From Podarcis cretensis (taxonomy: Eukaryota), in contig OX638156.1 in NCBI GenBank assembly GCA_951804945.1, positions 44,516,001 to 44,580,000 of the forward strand: 64,000 bases of DNA. The letters run 5' to 3'. The notes below the pieces were generated by a model. It saw only the letters and a list, made by a program, of their open reading frames with translations, did not search any database and was not told the origin of the DNA. This document shows, piece after piece, positions 48,871 through 59,806 of the stretch. How positions within the stretch are numbered: position 1 is the first letter of the stretch; each line of letters opens with the position of its first letter. A program made the position numbers and the translations under genes.

Positions 48871-51800
48871 CAAGGCTGTTGCTACTGCCCTCCCATATTT
48901 GTAAGGGCCCTCTGGCAGAGGATGGGACCCACCAGAGGACACTTTTAAAAATGCATTCAGACATCCCCACCTGATTTCTAACAGGCAATAATTTGTGAGC
49001 ATGCATGCAACTGTGGGATGCAGAACACACATTGTTTTTGCTGACTTTGCATTCTTAAAGAATAATAGTTGTAAAAGGGGTGATGCACACAGCTCCAGCA
49101 CAGAGAGGTATGCTTTGTGGCTGCTGCAAGGTGTATGGAGGCGGCAAGAGGGAAGGGAGGGTGTAACATTATTCCAAACTGCAGAAGGGCTGTGTCAATT
49201 GCGGTGAAGACAGCTGAAAGTTTAGAGAAATAAAGGGGGAGAACCTAGATGGAAAATAAAGCAAATTAATAAGCAGTAGATGCTTTAGAGTGTAATTATC
49301 AGAAAGAAAACACTTTGTTTAGCATACTTTATGTTAATGGAGGGCTAGTATGGCCCACTGTGCATAATTTAGCTGAACCATTGTTACAACAATTTAATAC
49401 TTATATAGATATATATATGATTACAGCTACAAGGAAAAAAAGACCAAAGCACAAGAGAGATCATAATAAGCACACGTGAACTCTGAAGGCCTAATTACAT
49501 CACGGGGGAGGGTGAACAGTTACTGCTGATTCAAGCAGAAAATTGGGGTAATTTGTAAACAGGTAAAGTTCCTTTCCAGGTGCACCAGCATGCGTGTGGG
49601 AGCGAGGTGGAGATCCTGGAGCAAAAGGCTACCATCCGCCTTAGAAACACTGTGTTACACTCCCCTACACTTTAAGCCAGGAGTCCTACATAATAGCAGG
49701 GCAAATGATACCTCCAAATTCAAGAAAACCATGGAGCTGATTTATTTATTTTTAAAGACTTTGACTGTAGTTCAGATTAATCAGATTTATTCTTTTCAAG
49801 TTTCTGATTCTGGTTCAGAAACTTGATGGTGGATAGTTTGGTAACCAGTTTGGCAAGAGAGTTTGTCCCCTAACAAAGGATACAAGAAAGAGAAGGTTGG
49901 TCCTGTGTGAAATTCCCACTCACCCAAACAGGGGTTCAGGTAGGGAATGCTAGACTCTAGAATGATGCTGCTCATTTTTAGAGGGATATCAGTTCACTTT
50001 CTCCCAAATGTGGAAAACCAGCCCTGTTGTGTTTGCAGGTCCTGTGGCCAATTCTGCTTAGTAGGACTTCTGCCCGAAGCTTCTGCCTTGATGGCACCAC
50101 TCCCTTTCTTTACCTTTTTGCATTCCCCTGCTCAAGTGGAGCTGGAACAGGAAACACATAGGCTAATGACACCTTGGATGCAGGGCAAGTTGGAGTATGT
50201 ATTAATTACAATGGGGGGGGGGGCGGGACTTCAGCACAGAGGAGCAGCTTTTGGTAGCAAGTCTGTATTTTGGGAAGTGGTCATTTTGCCCAAAGAAATA
50301 ACTTGATTTCTGCCGACCAGAGCTGTGCACCAATGACCTCTCAAATTTTAACATTTCTAGAAACTAAGGAAATGGGAAAGTGAATTTCTCCCAATTTTTC
50401 ACGGGGGATGGGGATTCACCATCTGCAGTGGCAATAGCACAGCTTCTCCCCCACTCCTCTTTTTTGTGCTGTTGTTGCTCTGCTGCTACTGTCTCTCCAA
50501 ATAGTCGCAGCAGCAATCTTTTTGCATCTTTCACAATGTGGCAGAACAACTCAGCTGAGGCTTTGTGGGATGGGTGGTGGAACAACCACCCTCACCCCCC
50601 ACGGTAAATGGTGGTGAAAGTTATGCAAAGTGGCCTTCTTTTTCTGGTGGGTGGTTGAGAAAAAGGGAAAAAAAATATCTGAGTTTTTCAGGCACATGTC
50701 TTCTGAGAAATTTCTGCTCAGCTCTACCACCAACAGTTTCTTAAAGCCCCTACACAAGTTCTCAGATTCATCCAGTGTGGACACTGTAGATCAGCTGCGA
50801 GTGACATCCAATTCAGCCTAGGTTAGCCCTGGCCCCATATGAATGTCACAGATCAACTAGCAACTTTAGCTCAGCACCAGCCCATGGTGAACCAACTGTA
50901 TGGAAATAGCTCAATTTCAGAAAACATCTTGAAGCAAACACGTTCTGCTATCTGGTGGAAATTGTTAGAGGTATGTGGGGACAAACACAAGCACTTATTT
51001 TTAATCTGTACTGGTATAAACACGGGCTCACCCTCAGTAACTGGAAGCCATTATTTTCATAGGAAAATAACTGTGACTGGAAGTGATCACTCACAAGAAC
51101 ATGTGTCATCATCTGATAAAAAGGTGCTCCACCACATTAGTATACGAGGAAGGTCATGTATGGAAAGAAGGGAGGCTGTGGAGGAGGGAATGTACCTACA
51201 TGAATTGTCCATTCATTATTTATGGCCATAAAGATTTGGTGCCCTGGAATCAGTGACATTAAAAGCTATTTTAATTTGAGCTATAATTCTTTTTTGTGCT
51301 TTCAGCAATTGACAGCATCTCGGATAAACATTCATTTGGGACTGCCAGAATAAAGAAGGGGTGGGTGGGGAGGAAGGAAAACAAAACTGATGGTATCTTA
51401 CTTCCCCCTCCACTCAAAGTCTTGCTGGACGATTCTTGCTCAATGCTCTGCCCACTTAAACAGCATGTGTATGATTAACTGCAGATGTATTCAGCAGCTT
51501 GCATATGTGGTTAATTTGCTCTGAATTTCCACGCTGTATTATAACACTAATGATCACTAATAACAGACAAACCCACAGTTTATTGAGTAAGTAATTGGAG
51601 ACATTATTATTTTCACCATCCAAAAGGGGATCAGGCCGACCAATTCAAGCTGGCCAATACGATAAATAATGTGTAAATCAATCTCAGAAACAGCATGCTC
51701 CGCTTCTTTGCAAAATGATAGAGATTGATTGGCAGAGAGAGGGGGGCATACTTGCTGCTATTTCTAGGAAATAAAGTCAATAAAAGTCCATGTTCAAGAA

Positions 51801-52270
51801 GCAAAAGGTCAGGTGTGGAAGACAGTTTGATCCTGCTGCAAAACAGATTTTGCCACCTCAGTACATGGAAGTCACATGGCCTTGCACTTATGCTCTAATG
51901 GGGAAAGCTTGTGGCAATGGACACTGTCAGCATCTACTCCCAATTGTCCCTACAAATAGAAACAGTATCTCTCCCCCCCCCTTCTTATCCCTGGCAAATT
52001 ATTATCCCTTTTTCATCCCTAACTTTTTGCCAATGGGATATGCCATGTTAAAATGTTGCTAGCTGTTGTTGAAACTGTCATTTATTGAGGTTCAGCTTCC
52101 TCCCCAGGGACTCTTGAAGTTATATCTCTGAATCAGAGATGAATTCCTCTTGTCTCTAGTGCACATGCACAAAAATATTTGATGCTGCAAGTCAGAATTG
52201 TCAGTCATCAAGGGTTTAGCTTGCTCCCCATGATCTCTAGACGTTAACTAGCTTAGTGGAACAGATACAT

Positions 52271-52410
52271 CAGAGGGGACAAAGCCTGGGGCCCCCTAGA
52301 TGGTGCTGGATGTTAGCTCCCATCATCCCTGACCATTGGCCATGCTGGCTGGGGCTGGCTTGAATCAGGAGTCCACCAAAATCTGGAGGACTGCAGGTTC
52401 CCAGCCCCTA
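52271..52410. mobile_element. Palindromic hAT-type MITE (140 bp)
   Basis: Perfect 8-bp TSD AGATACAT (52263-52270 and 52411-52418). Core CTCCCATCATCCCTGACCATTGGCCATGCTGGCTGGGGCTG. Confidence 0.85.
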
Positions 52411-52689
52411 AGATACATCTTGTGTATAGTTGACAAGTAGATCAATGCCTGCACATGAACACTAAAGCATTGAGAAGCACAGCGCCTGTCCTTTCACACA
52501 CACTAGCTCATGAGTTATACTTTGACCTGCTGACTGTAGGACAGTTATGTATTTCTGAAATTATCTTTAAGCAAAAGAACTGATGCCCTGTCGGCTTTTT
52601 CATTAATGAGGGATGGTGTAAAGCAATATAGTAGATAGTAAACAGCCTCTTTAAGGGAAGGGGAGGGGGAAAAAGAAGTCCTCAGTATG

Positions 52690-52809
52690 TAGGCTTGCCA
52701 TATTTCAAAAAGTGAAAATCACATTCTAGCCGTTTTTTGAAAATTCCGCCTGGATGCTATTTTTGACACCCAGCTACGTCTGGGAAATTCTGGACGTATG
52801 GCAGTCCGA
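52690..52809. mobile_element. 120-bp hAT MITE, a short relative of 21352-21980
   Basis: Termini TAGGCTTGCCATATTTCAA / CTGGACGTATGGCAGTCCGA match the long copy. TSD TCAGTATG / CCAGTATG. Confidence 0.8.
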
Positions 52810-53219
52810 CCAGTATGAGAGTTGAGAAAATTCAAACACAAATCTCTTTTTGTCTTTAGATGTTGAAGGGTGTGTCAGAATCCACCCAATTCAAATCAGA
52901 AGGATCTACTCACTCCACTGGAGCCCTTTGTGAAGAGCCATTGAAAGGTGCAGAGTGGAGATGGATGGATTGTTTAATCCTGCCAAATCTCAGAGGGTCT
53001 CTTCCACAAGCACGTGTGACCACCCATTCTTCCTTCTCTAACATGGCTGTCTGACCCAGTCACACTTGTGTTTAAATCTCAGTTATAGCTTGGCTCTTAT
53101 CCAGCTGACTTTGACCAATGGGGGCTTTAAGACAAATGATCTATAATGCTCCTTTGAAGAGGATTGTCATGTGATAATTCATTATGAAGGAAGATGAATA
53201 AAGATATCATTTAAGACTA

Positions 53220-53337
53220 TGGGTGATATTCAATGAAGTTTTATTCAAAGTAGATCCATGAAAATTAATGAGTATGACTGTTAGGTCCATTCATTCATCT
53301 GTATCTACGCTGAACAAATCTTAGCTAAATATCACTT
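53220..53337. mobile_element. Palindromic MITE, uninterrupted relative of 46623-46924
   Basis: GGTGATATTCAA...TAAATATCACT inverted ends and shared internal motifs (ATGACT..TTAGGT.CATT). Confidence 0.6.
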
Positions 53338-54235
53338 CTGGGTTTTATGTGAACTTTCACATGGTGGTACATGTTTCTAATGAGCATGTTTTCATGGGGT
53401 AACAGTTGGGTGTCAGGTAAAAGGCTCCACAGATAGAAACACAAGCAGAAAGGATTCACCCAGAAGATACAAGAAGTTGTGGGTTATTCCCTGGTATATC
53501 TTCTAAGGAAAATTGGATGAGAGGGCATGGTGATATCTTTGAACACTTAGGGCCCAATGTAACAGCTTATTGCAAAGATTTCCATTCTCTTATAAAGGGA
53601 GCCTTTCTCTGATGGTAGAAGCTCTTGCTGTCAGCAGAAATGAACCTTAATCTTTATTCACAGTGTTTCTTCTGACAAAGGTCAATTTAACAGCAGCAGC
53701 TTTTATCTTCAAACATATTTCTTGGCATATATGTTGTGAGAAATATTTCGCACCTTGTAAACTTCTAGACAGCTCTCATGAGCCTGTGATGAGGATTCAT
53801 GAACTGCACAAAGCTGGTATCCATGAGATAATCTGAATCACTATATGGCTTCTGGCAATTCTATCACCTGGCATGGACTTAATGCAAGGCCACAGGAATA
53901 TATTGTTATATTTATTAATAACATGTTCAAAAGAATGAAAATCTGTATCTTAAAAATGCTACCTCTCTGGAATCTATCAATTATATAATTTCCTGTCAAG
54001 GATTTAGCACACATGATTCCTTTAGTCTACAAACTTCTCTTGAACCAAGCACATAGTTTCAGAATCATCTGAGATGTTCCAAATCTGAAGCCTATTCCCT
54101 TTTAATAATAATAATAATTTAATTATTTACACTATTCTTATCAGTAAACATAGGCTTGGAGAATTCAGCTGGATTAAACAAGGCCATCTGTTTCATCAGT
54201 GGTGAAACCACAAAGTCTTCTAAAGCATCCACAAA

Positions 54236-54517
54236 CAGGGGCTCTGACTTGCCCCCCACATTGAGGGGCCGCAGTCACACAATGACACTGGGCATCCCCT
54301 GAATGAGGGCAGGATGCACGGAGAGTTATATTTGCGCTTGCTTATCCCAGCTGCCATCCGGCTCCTGGACTGCTGCTAGGGTTGGGTTGTGCAAAGGGTG
54401 TCCGGGGGCAGTGGGTGATGGTGGCAGTACCCTCAATGTTGGGGGGGGGCGCTGCCCCCTTCTCAAAAATATAGGGGGAGCTGAAGCCCCCTCTGCTCCC
54501 TATACCCAGCACAGCTG
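54236..54517. mobile_element. GC-rich hAT-type MITE (282 bp)
   Basis: Perfect 8-bp TSD TCCACAAA (54228-54235 and 54518-54525). CAG...CTG termini. Confidence 0.8.
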
Positions 54518-55236
54518 TCCACAAATGCTGGTTGTTCAACAACACAAAGCTAAAGTTCAACTAGTCTAAGAATGCAAGAAAAATTATCATCAAGACTCTC
54601 CTCTGTCTCCAAAGCCCCTGCACAAGTCTGCCTGACAAGACTGATATGTTCTTAATATTTCTCTTATGTTGAAATGTATTATATTTATATCCCACGAGTT
54701 AACCACGATTGGCTCCCAAAGCAGCTTACTATAAAAACCTGCACATAAATGCAGAATTATTTGGAATACATTGGTGTCACTTCCTTAGCAGTATAGATGA
54801 TATACAGTACTCTAGATTGTTTATGGGTGGAGCTGTATGTTCTGCTAGAGCCCAGGGTCTGAGGAGAGGCTTCTGCTGAGAGGAAGCCAGAAAGTGACTT
54901 GGGGAGGAGTTAGCAGACAGCAGCCATTCCATTTTGCTGATTGCAGCCTCTGAGAGCATGAGAACAGGACTTGTAAACAGGAGGGTTTGCAAGTGTATTT
55001 TGAGGGGAGGCCTGGAGTGCCTCAGTGTATGTAGGGCCAAGAGACATCAACGGCGAAGGAGCTGCTGTCTATCACCAGCTGCCACATGGAAAAGATCATA
55101 ATGATTTTATATGTTGATCTTGTTCATTGTGGTTTTAAAGAATGGGCTTAGAAGCACCTTGGAATTATTTGTATCCTTAAATAAATGGAGAGAGCATGAT
55201 AGGCCAGGTATCACCTGGGCCCAGGCCTGAGTGTAT

Positions 55237-56139
55237 GTTGTTGTTTAGTCGTTTAGTCGTGTCCGACTCTTCATGACCCCATGGACCAGAGCACGCCAGG
55301 CACTCCTGTCTTCCACTGCCTCCCGCAGTTTGGTCAGACTCATGTTTGTAGCTTCGAGAACACTGTCCAACCATCTCGTCCTCTGTCGTCCCCTTCTCCT
55401 TGTGCCCTCCATCTTTCCCAGCATCAGGGTCTTTTCCAGGGAGTCTTCTCTTCTCATGAGGTGGCCAAAGTATTGGAGCCTCAGCTTCACAATCTGTCCT
55501 TCCAGTGAGCACTCAGGGCTGATTTCCTTCAGAATGTTTCCTTCAGAACGTTTGATCTCCTTGCAGTCCATGGGACTCTCAAGAGTCTCCTCCAGCACCA
55601 TAATTCAAAAGCATCAATTCTTTGGCGATCAGCCTTCTTTATGGTCCAGCTCTCACTTCCATACATCACTACTGGGAAAACCATGGCTTTAACTATGCGG
55701 ACCTTTGTTGGAAAGGTGATGTCTCTACTTTTTAAGATGCTGTCTAGGTTTGCCATCGCCTTTCTCCCAAGGAACAGGCGTATTTTAATTTTGTGACTGC
55801 TGTCACCATCTGCAGTGATCATGGAGCCCAAGAAAGTAAAATCTCTCACTGCCTCCATTTCTTCCCCTTCTATTTGCCAGGAGGTGATGGGACCAGTGGC
55901 CATGATCTTCGTTTTTTTGATGTTGAGCTTCAGACCACTTTCTCCTCCTCACTTTCTGCCATCAAGGTTGTGTCATCTGCATATCTGAGGTTGTTGATGT
56001 TTCTTCCAGCGATCTTAATTCCCGCTTGGGAATCATCCAGCCCAGCCTTTCGCACGATGAATTCTGCATATAAGTTAAATAAGCAGGGGGACAATATACA
56101 GCCTTGCCGTACTCCTTTCCCAATTTTGAACCAATCAGT
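55237..56139 (-). mobile_element. BovB (RTE-clade) LINE, 5'-truncated 903-bp copy with disrupted RT C-terminal coding sequence
   Basis: Peptides TDWFKIGKGVRQGCILSPCLFNLYAE...INNLRYADDTTLMAESEEE (RT YADD motif), MATGPITSWQIEGE...RIDAFELWCWRRLLRVPWTARRSN and LRLQYFGHLMRREDSLEKTLMLGK are diagnostic of BovB. It has a (CAA)n tail and a perfect 12-bp TSD GCCTGAGTGTAT (55225-55236 and 56140-56151). Confidence 0.97.
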
Positions 56140-58756
56140 GCCTGAGTGTATACTTAGCAGAAAACCTGAATCTGCCTTTGAGTAATATGTGAAGGAGCAG
56201 CCATGCTCATGCAGGGAGGTTGAAATCAAGACTTTGCACAGTCATGCATCAGGCTTAACAACCTCTCTCTATAAGCTCACAGGCAGAAATGACCACACAC
56301 AAAGGGGTTATCACTTTGGGAAGACCAGTCTCCAATGTCTCTTTGCCACTTGGCTCAGGCTTAATTGAAAAAGCTTAGTACACTAATTAATTCAAGCTTG
56401 GCTTGGCCATCCTTGAAAAACACACACAAAAAACCAGGGCCCACATCCAGGAAGCTAATATCAGCAGTATAATTTTAATGCTACTAAATAATCCCTTTAT
56501 GGCAGGTAACATAGTGCTATTAGACTTGAAAAATGGAATTAAAATTAACTGGCTTTTTTTAGTAATGCTAGGATATTAGAATTAGAGTTGAGAAGGTCAT
56601 TTATTATATTTGCAGGACAGATAATTAAAATATCACTTTCTTTAAAAGCAAGAGGCCCAATGTACAAGGTACATCTGTCAACATTTCTTTCGGATTTGTA
56701 CAGGAGATATCAGAACTTAAAACGCCTCTCAGAATTTCACTGCTAAAGAGCCTAGTTGACATCCCCTATCAGACATATCACATGATGTGTCAACGTGTAA
56801 GTAATGCAAGAGTACAGGGAGAGCTCTCTTTCAGCATGATGTTTCAATATCTAATCAGAATTTATTGTGGTGGATGGATGCTAGAAAAATAATAAAGAGG
56901 GTTGGGCATCAGCAAACAGAAAGACACTGCAGCTCATTGTTATTTCATATTAATTACCTTTTTTTGTTAAGTGGGGGACGCACATATCGGGGGGCAGGGG
57001 AGGACATCTCTCTGAAATATCTGATAAATTGTCTCTCATATTGACCTTCCCAAGCATTAAGATCTACAGGGGAGGCCCCGTAGCCAAATCTGGGTCAAAG
57101 AGCAGTAACACATTGGAGGATCTTTTCTGTGTAAGAGGTGTGAAATTCAGCTTTAGATGTTCTTAATTTGGTTTAGAGTCCAACAATTGAAACTGGATGC
57201 TTTTGTTAAATGGACAAATAAAGCAACTAGTTAGAAGTTAATTCCAAAATGTATACAATACAATAAATCCCCATTGTTTCTTGTTGCTTCACTTCAGCAC
57301 CATGTAATGGTGTCTGGGGTTCAGTTGTAAGTCATCATCCTGTAGTTACAAGTCATAGACCTTCCCCACTCAACAAATTATACTCATGCTAATTCATTTT
57401 TAGATTTTGATATATGAGAAGCTAATTCTGGATGTAAAGCATTCTGTCATAAAACTCACAATGATTTGGACATTAAAGCTTGTAATGAAAGTTTGAGAGC
57501 ACGTATTAGAGAGTTGAGAGTTGTTAGCACATGCCTTGAGCCTTTCAGAATTATAGAAAGCACACAGTGGGGTATATTGATTGTGAACTTTCTGTGATCA
57601 ATGCATTTTAATTTAACCAGCGTACAGTGTCTACAACTACTCTCTAACCCCCTAACAATTACATATGCAACGCAGGTACAAGATCAGCTAAATGTTCACA
57701 AAATACCCCAGTTGTCTATTTTTTAGGGTCGCTTTTCCCCAAACTGAAATGGCAAACATTATTCAGAATACTGAAAACTGTCCACTCTCCCAGGAAATCG
57801 AAAGGGGGGGGGGTACAGATTTGGCCTTCTTCTTTTGCAACATGGCAAAAGTACAGTAGTGTGCATAGTTAGCTGGCACAGATTCAGCTCCTTTGTGGTG
57901 AAGTCTGCAGAGGCGTCTTAACCTGTCACAGCTAATGGGTTTTGCTGTGGACGCCAAAGCATAACATGTTGAGAGTATTTGAGGAAGGGGGGCATTAGAA
58001 ATATCTAAAGTGTTGGCAGTCTCAAAGGCTTGGAGGGGGAAAAGCAGCTACTTTTAACTGTTTTTCAGAAGCTCTACAAACACTGGAGAGTATCAAATCT
58101 AATGAAGTAGTAATGAAGTAACTAGGGTGGGGAGAGAAAGAATTGTAAAAAAAAGTTTTCCTAAGTAATACAAAATCATTACAATGTCCTGCCAGACATG
58201 CATTTTTTAAAATGAGAGCTGTAATAACGGAAAATTAGATTCCATTACTTATTCATGGGCTTCTGGTTAATGCTGATCTCCATACAGAGCGATCCACTTT
58301 TATAAATAGCATCTTTGCAAGGGGTGCTGCTTTTGCGGGGAGGGCAAGCCAATGTCCAAAACATGGACTGGCTTTGTCAACAGGAAGTTCTCTTTCCCTA
58401 CATCGACAAAAAAAGCAAGAAGCAAGGTTTGTTTGTTTGTTTGTATCAACAAAGATGGCAAAGAAATTACTTTGATTTGGCAAAAAGCCCAACCTTTCAT
58501 CTTCAACTTTCTCCACTTGGGGGCCTAACTTTAAACACAATTAAAACTGGGACCCAATTAATTTTTTTAACCACACATGCCCAGCTTCCTGTTCTTCTGT
58601 CTTTTCCACTTCTATCTCAATCTCCTTTTTTCTTCACTTGAACAACTATCTTTTAAAATAAAAAAATAAAAACTTCCAAAATGATAGCCATATCAGCTTG
58701 TTGCAGTAAAACACATACACCATGATTTCCTTATCCTCCTTGTCTTCCACACAGCA

Positions 58757-58918
58757 GGAACCTAGGAAACTGCCTTATACTGAGTCAGACCATTCATTCA
58801 TTTAAGCTCTATATTATCTACTCTGACTGGCAGGCTGCTCCAGGGTTTCAAGCAGGAGCTTTACCCATCTCTACCTGGAGACATGAAGGATTGAACCTGG
58901 GATCTTCTGCATGCAAGG
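58757..58918 (-). mobile_element. Squam3-type SINE, 5'-truncated
   Basis: Reverse complement reads TTGCATGCAGAAGATCCCAGGTTCAATCC...CTCCAGGTAG...GGTCTGACTCAGTATAAGGCAGTTTCCTAGGTTCC. Confidence 0.85.
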
Positions 58919-59499
58919 TAAGCTAAGGTCCTTACGCTGAATGTAATCATGTGAAAGAGGGAAACATAGCCATGCCTGCTGCCCTCAACCACAACACATT
59001 GTTGGCACATCTGTGAAATGAGTCAGGACTATATACATAAATTCCCCTGTCAACATGTGCATGTCCACATCATGGGAGAAACCTATACATGAAGAGTAGA
59101 CCCCTACTAATGCCACCTCAACATGTGGGTGTACAGAGCGCTGTCCCACCAAATGAACAATAATCTCCACATTCCCAGCTTTCATTTAAAAACAAAAGAG
59201 TAAGTTTTTAAGCATACTACTGTATTCTCATTTGTTTTGTGAAAAGGTTGCCTGCTCCAACATTTCAGTTCTTTGGGACTTTATTTATCTGGACTTTGTC
59301 CTTTGACCTTTCCCCCGCCATGGAAAAATTCCTGCAAGACACCCATGTCTCTCTCCACGGGGTTGTTATTTGTGAGTGGGAATTACTGAATGAGGCTTTC
59401 ATGGCAACTTGAAAACAATTAGATTTGTTGTAGCTTAGTTTTTCTGGTGACGAGAGTCTACAATGTGGTCAGTATTTTCCAGCCAGATCCTGGAAGACA

Positions 59500-59806
59500 A
59501 ATGCAAGCCTGTTTTACATGACACACTGAATTCACTGCCACAAGGTGTGCTGAGGATCTCTGGTTTTGATGGCTGCAGAAGGGGATTTGACAAGTTCATC
59601 AAGGATGGCATGGCTTTAGGTCATGTTGGCTACAAGCCTATTTTCAGAGGCAGTATGACACTGAAAACAAGTTACTGGGAAGCAACAGCAGCAGTAGAAG
59701 CAGTAGAAGTAGAAGCTGAAGAAGCATCTATTTGACCACCATGGGCTGGGGGATGATGCTGGCCTAAAGGGATCTTTGGGCTGATCCAGCACTGCTCTTT
59801 TTACAT
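59500..59806 (+). mobile_element. CR1 LINE 3' end, degraded
   Basis: Peptide NSLPQGV...GFDGCRRGFDKFIKD (CR1 ORF2 end), followed by the 3' UTR ending GGGCTGATCCAGCA. Confidence 0.75.

Noticed and set aside
57293-57313. REST/NRSE site (TTCAGCACC left half)
   Set aside because: The right half (GGACAG) is missing.
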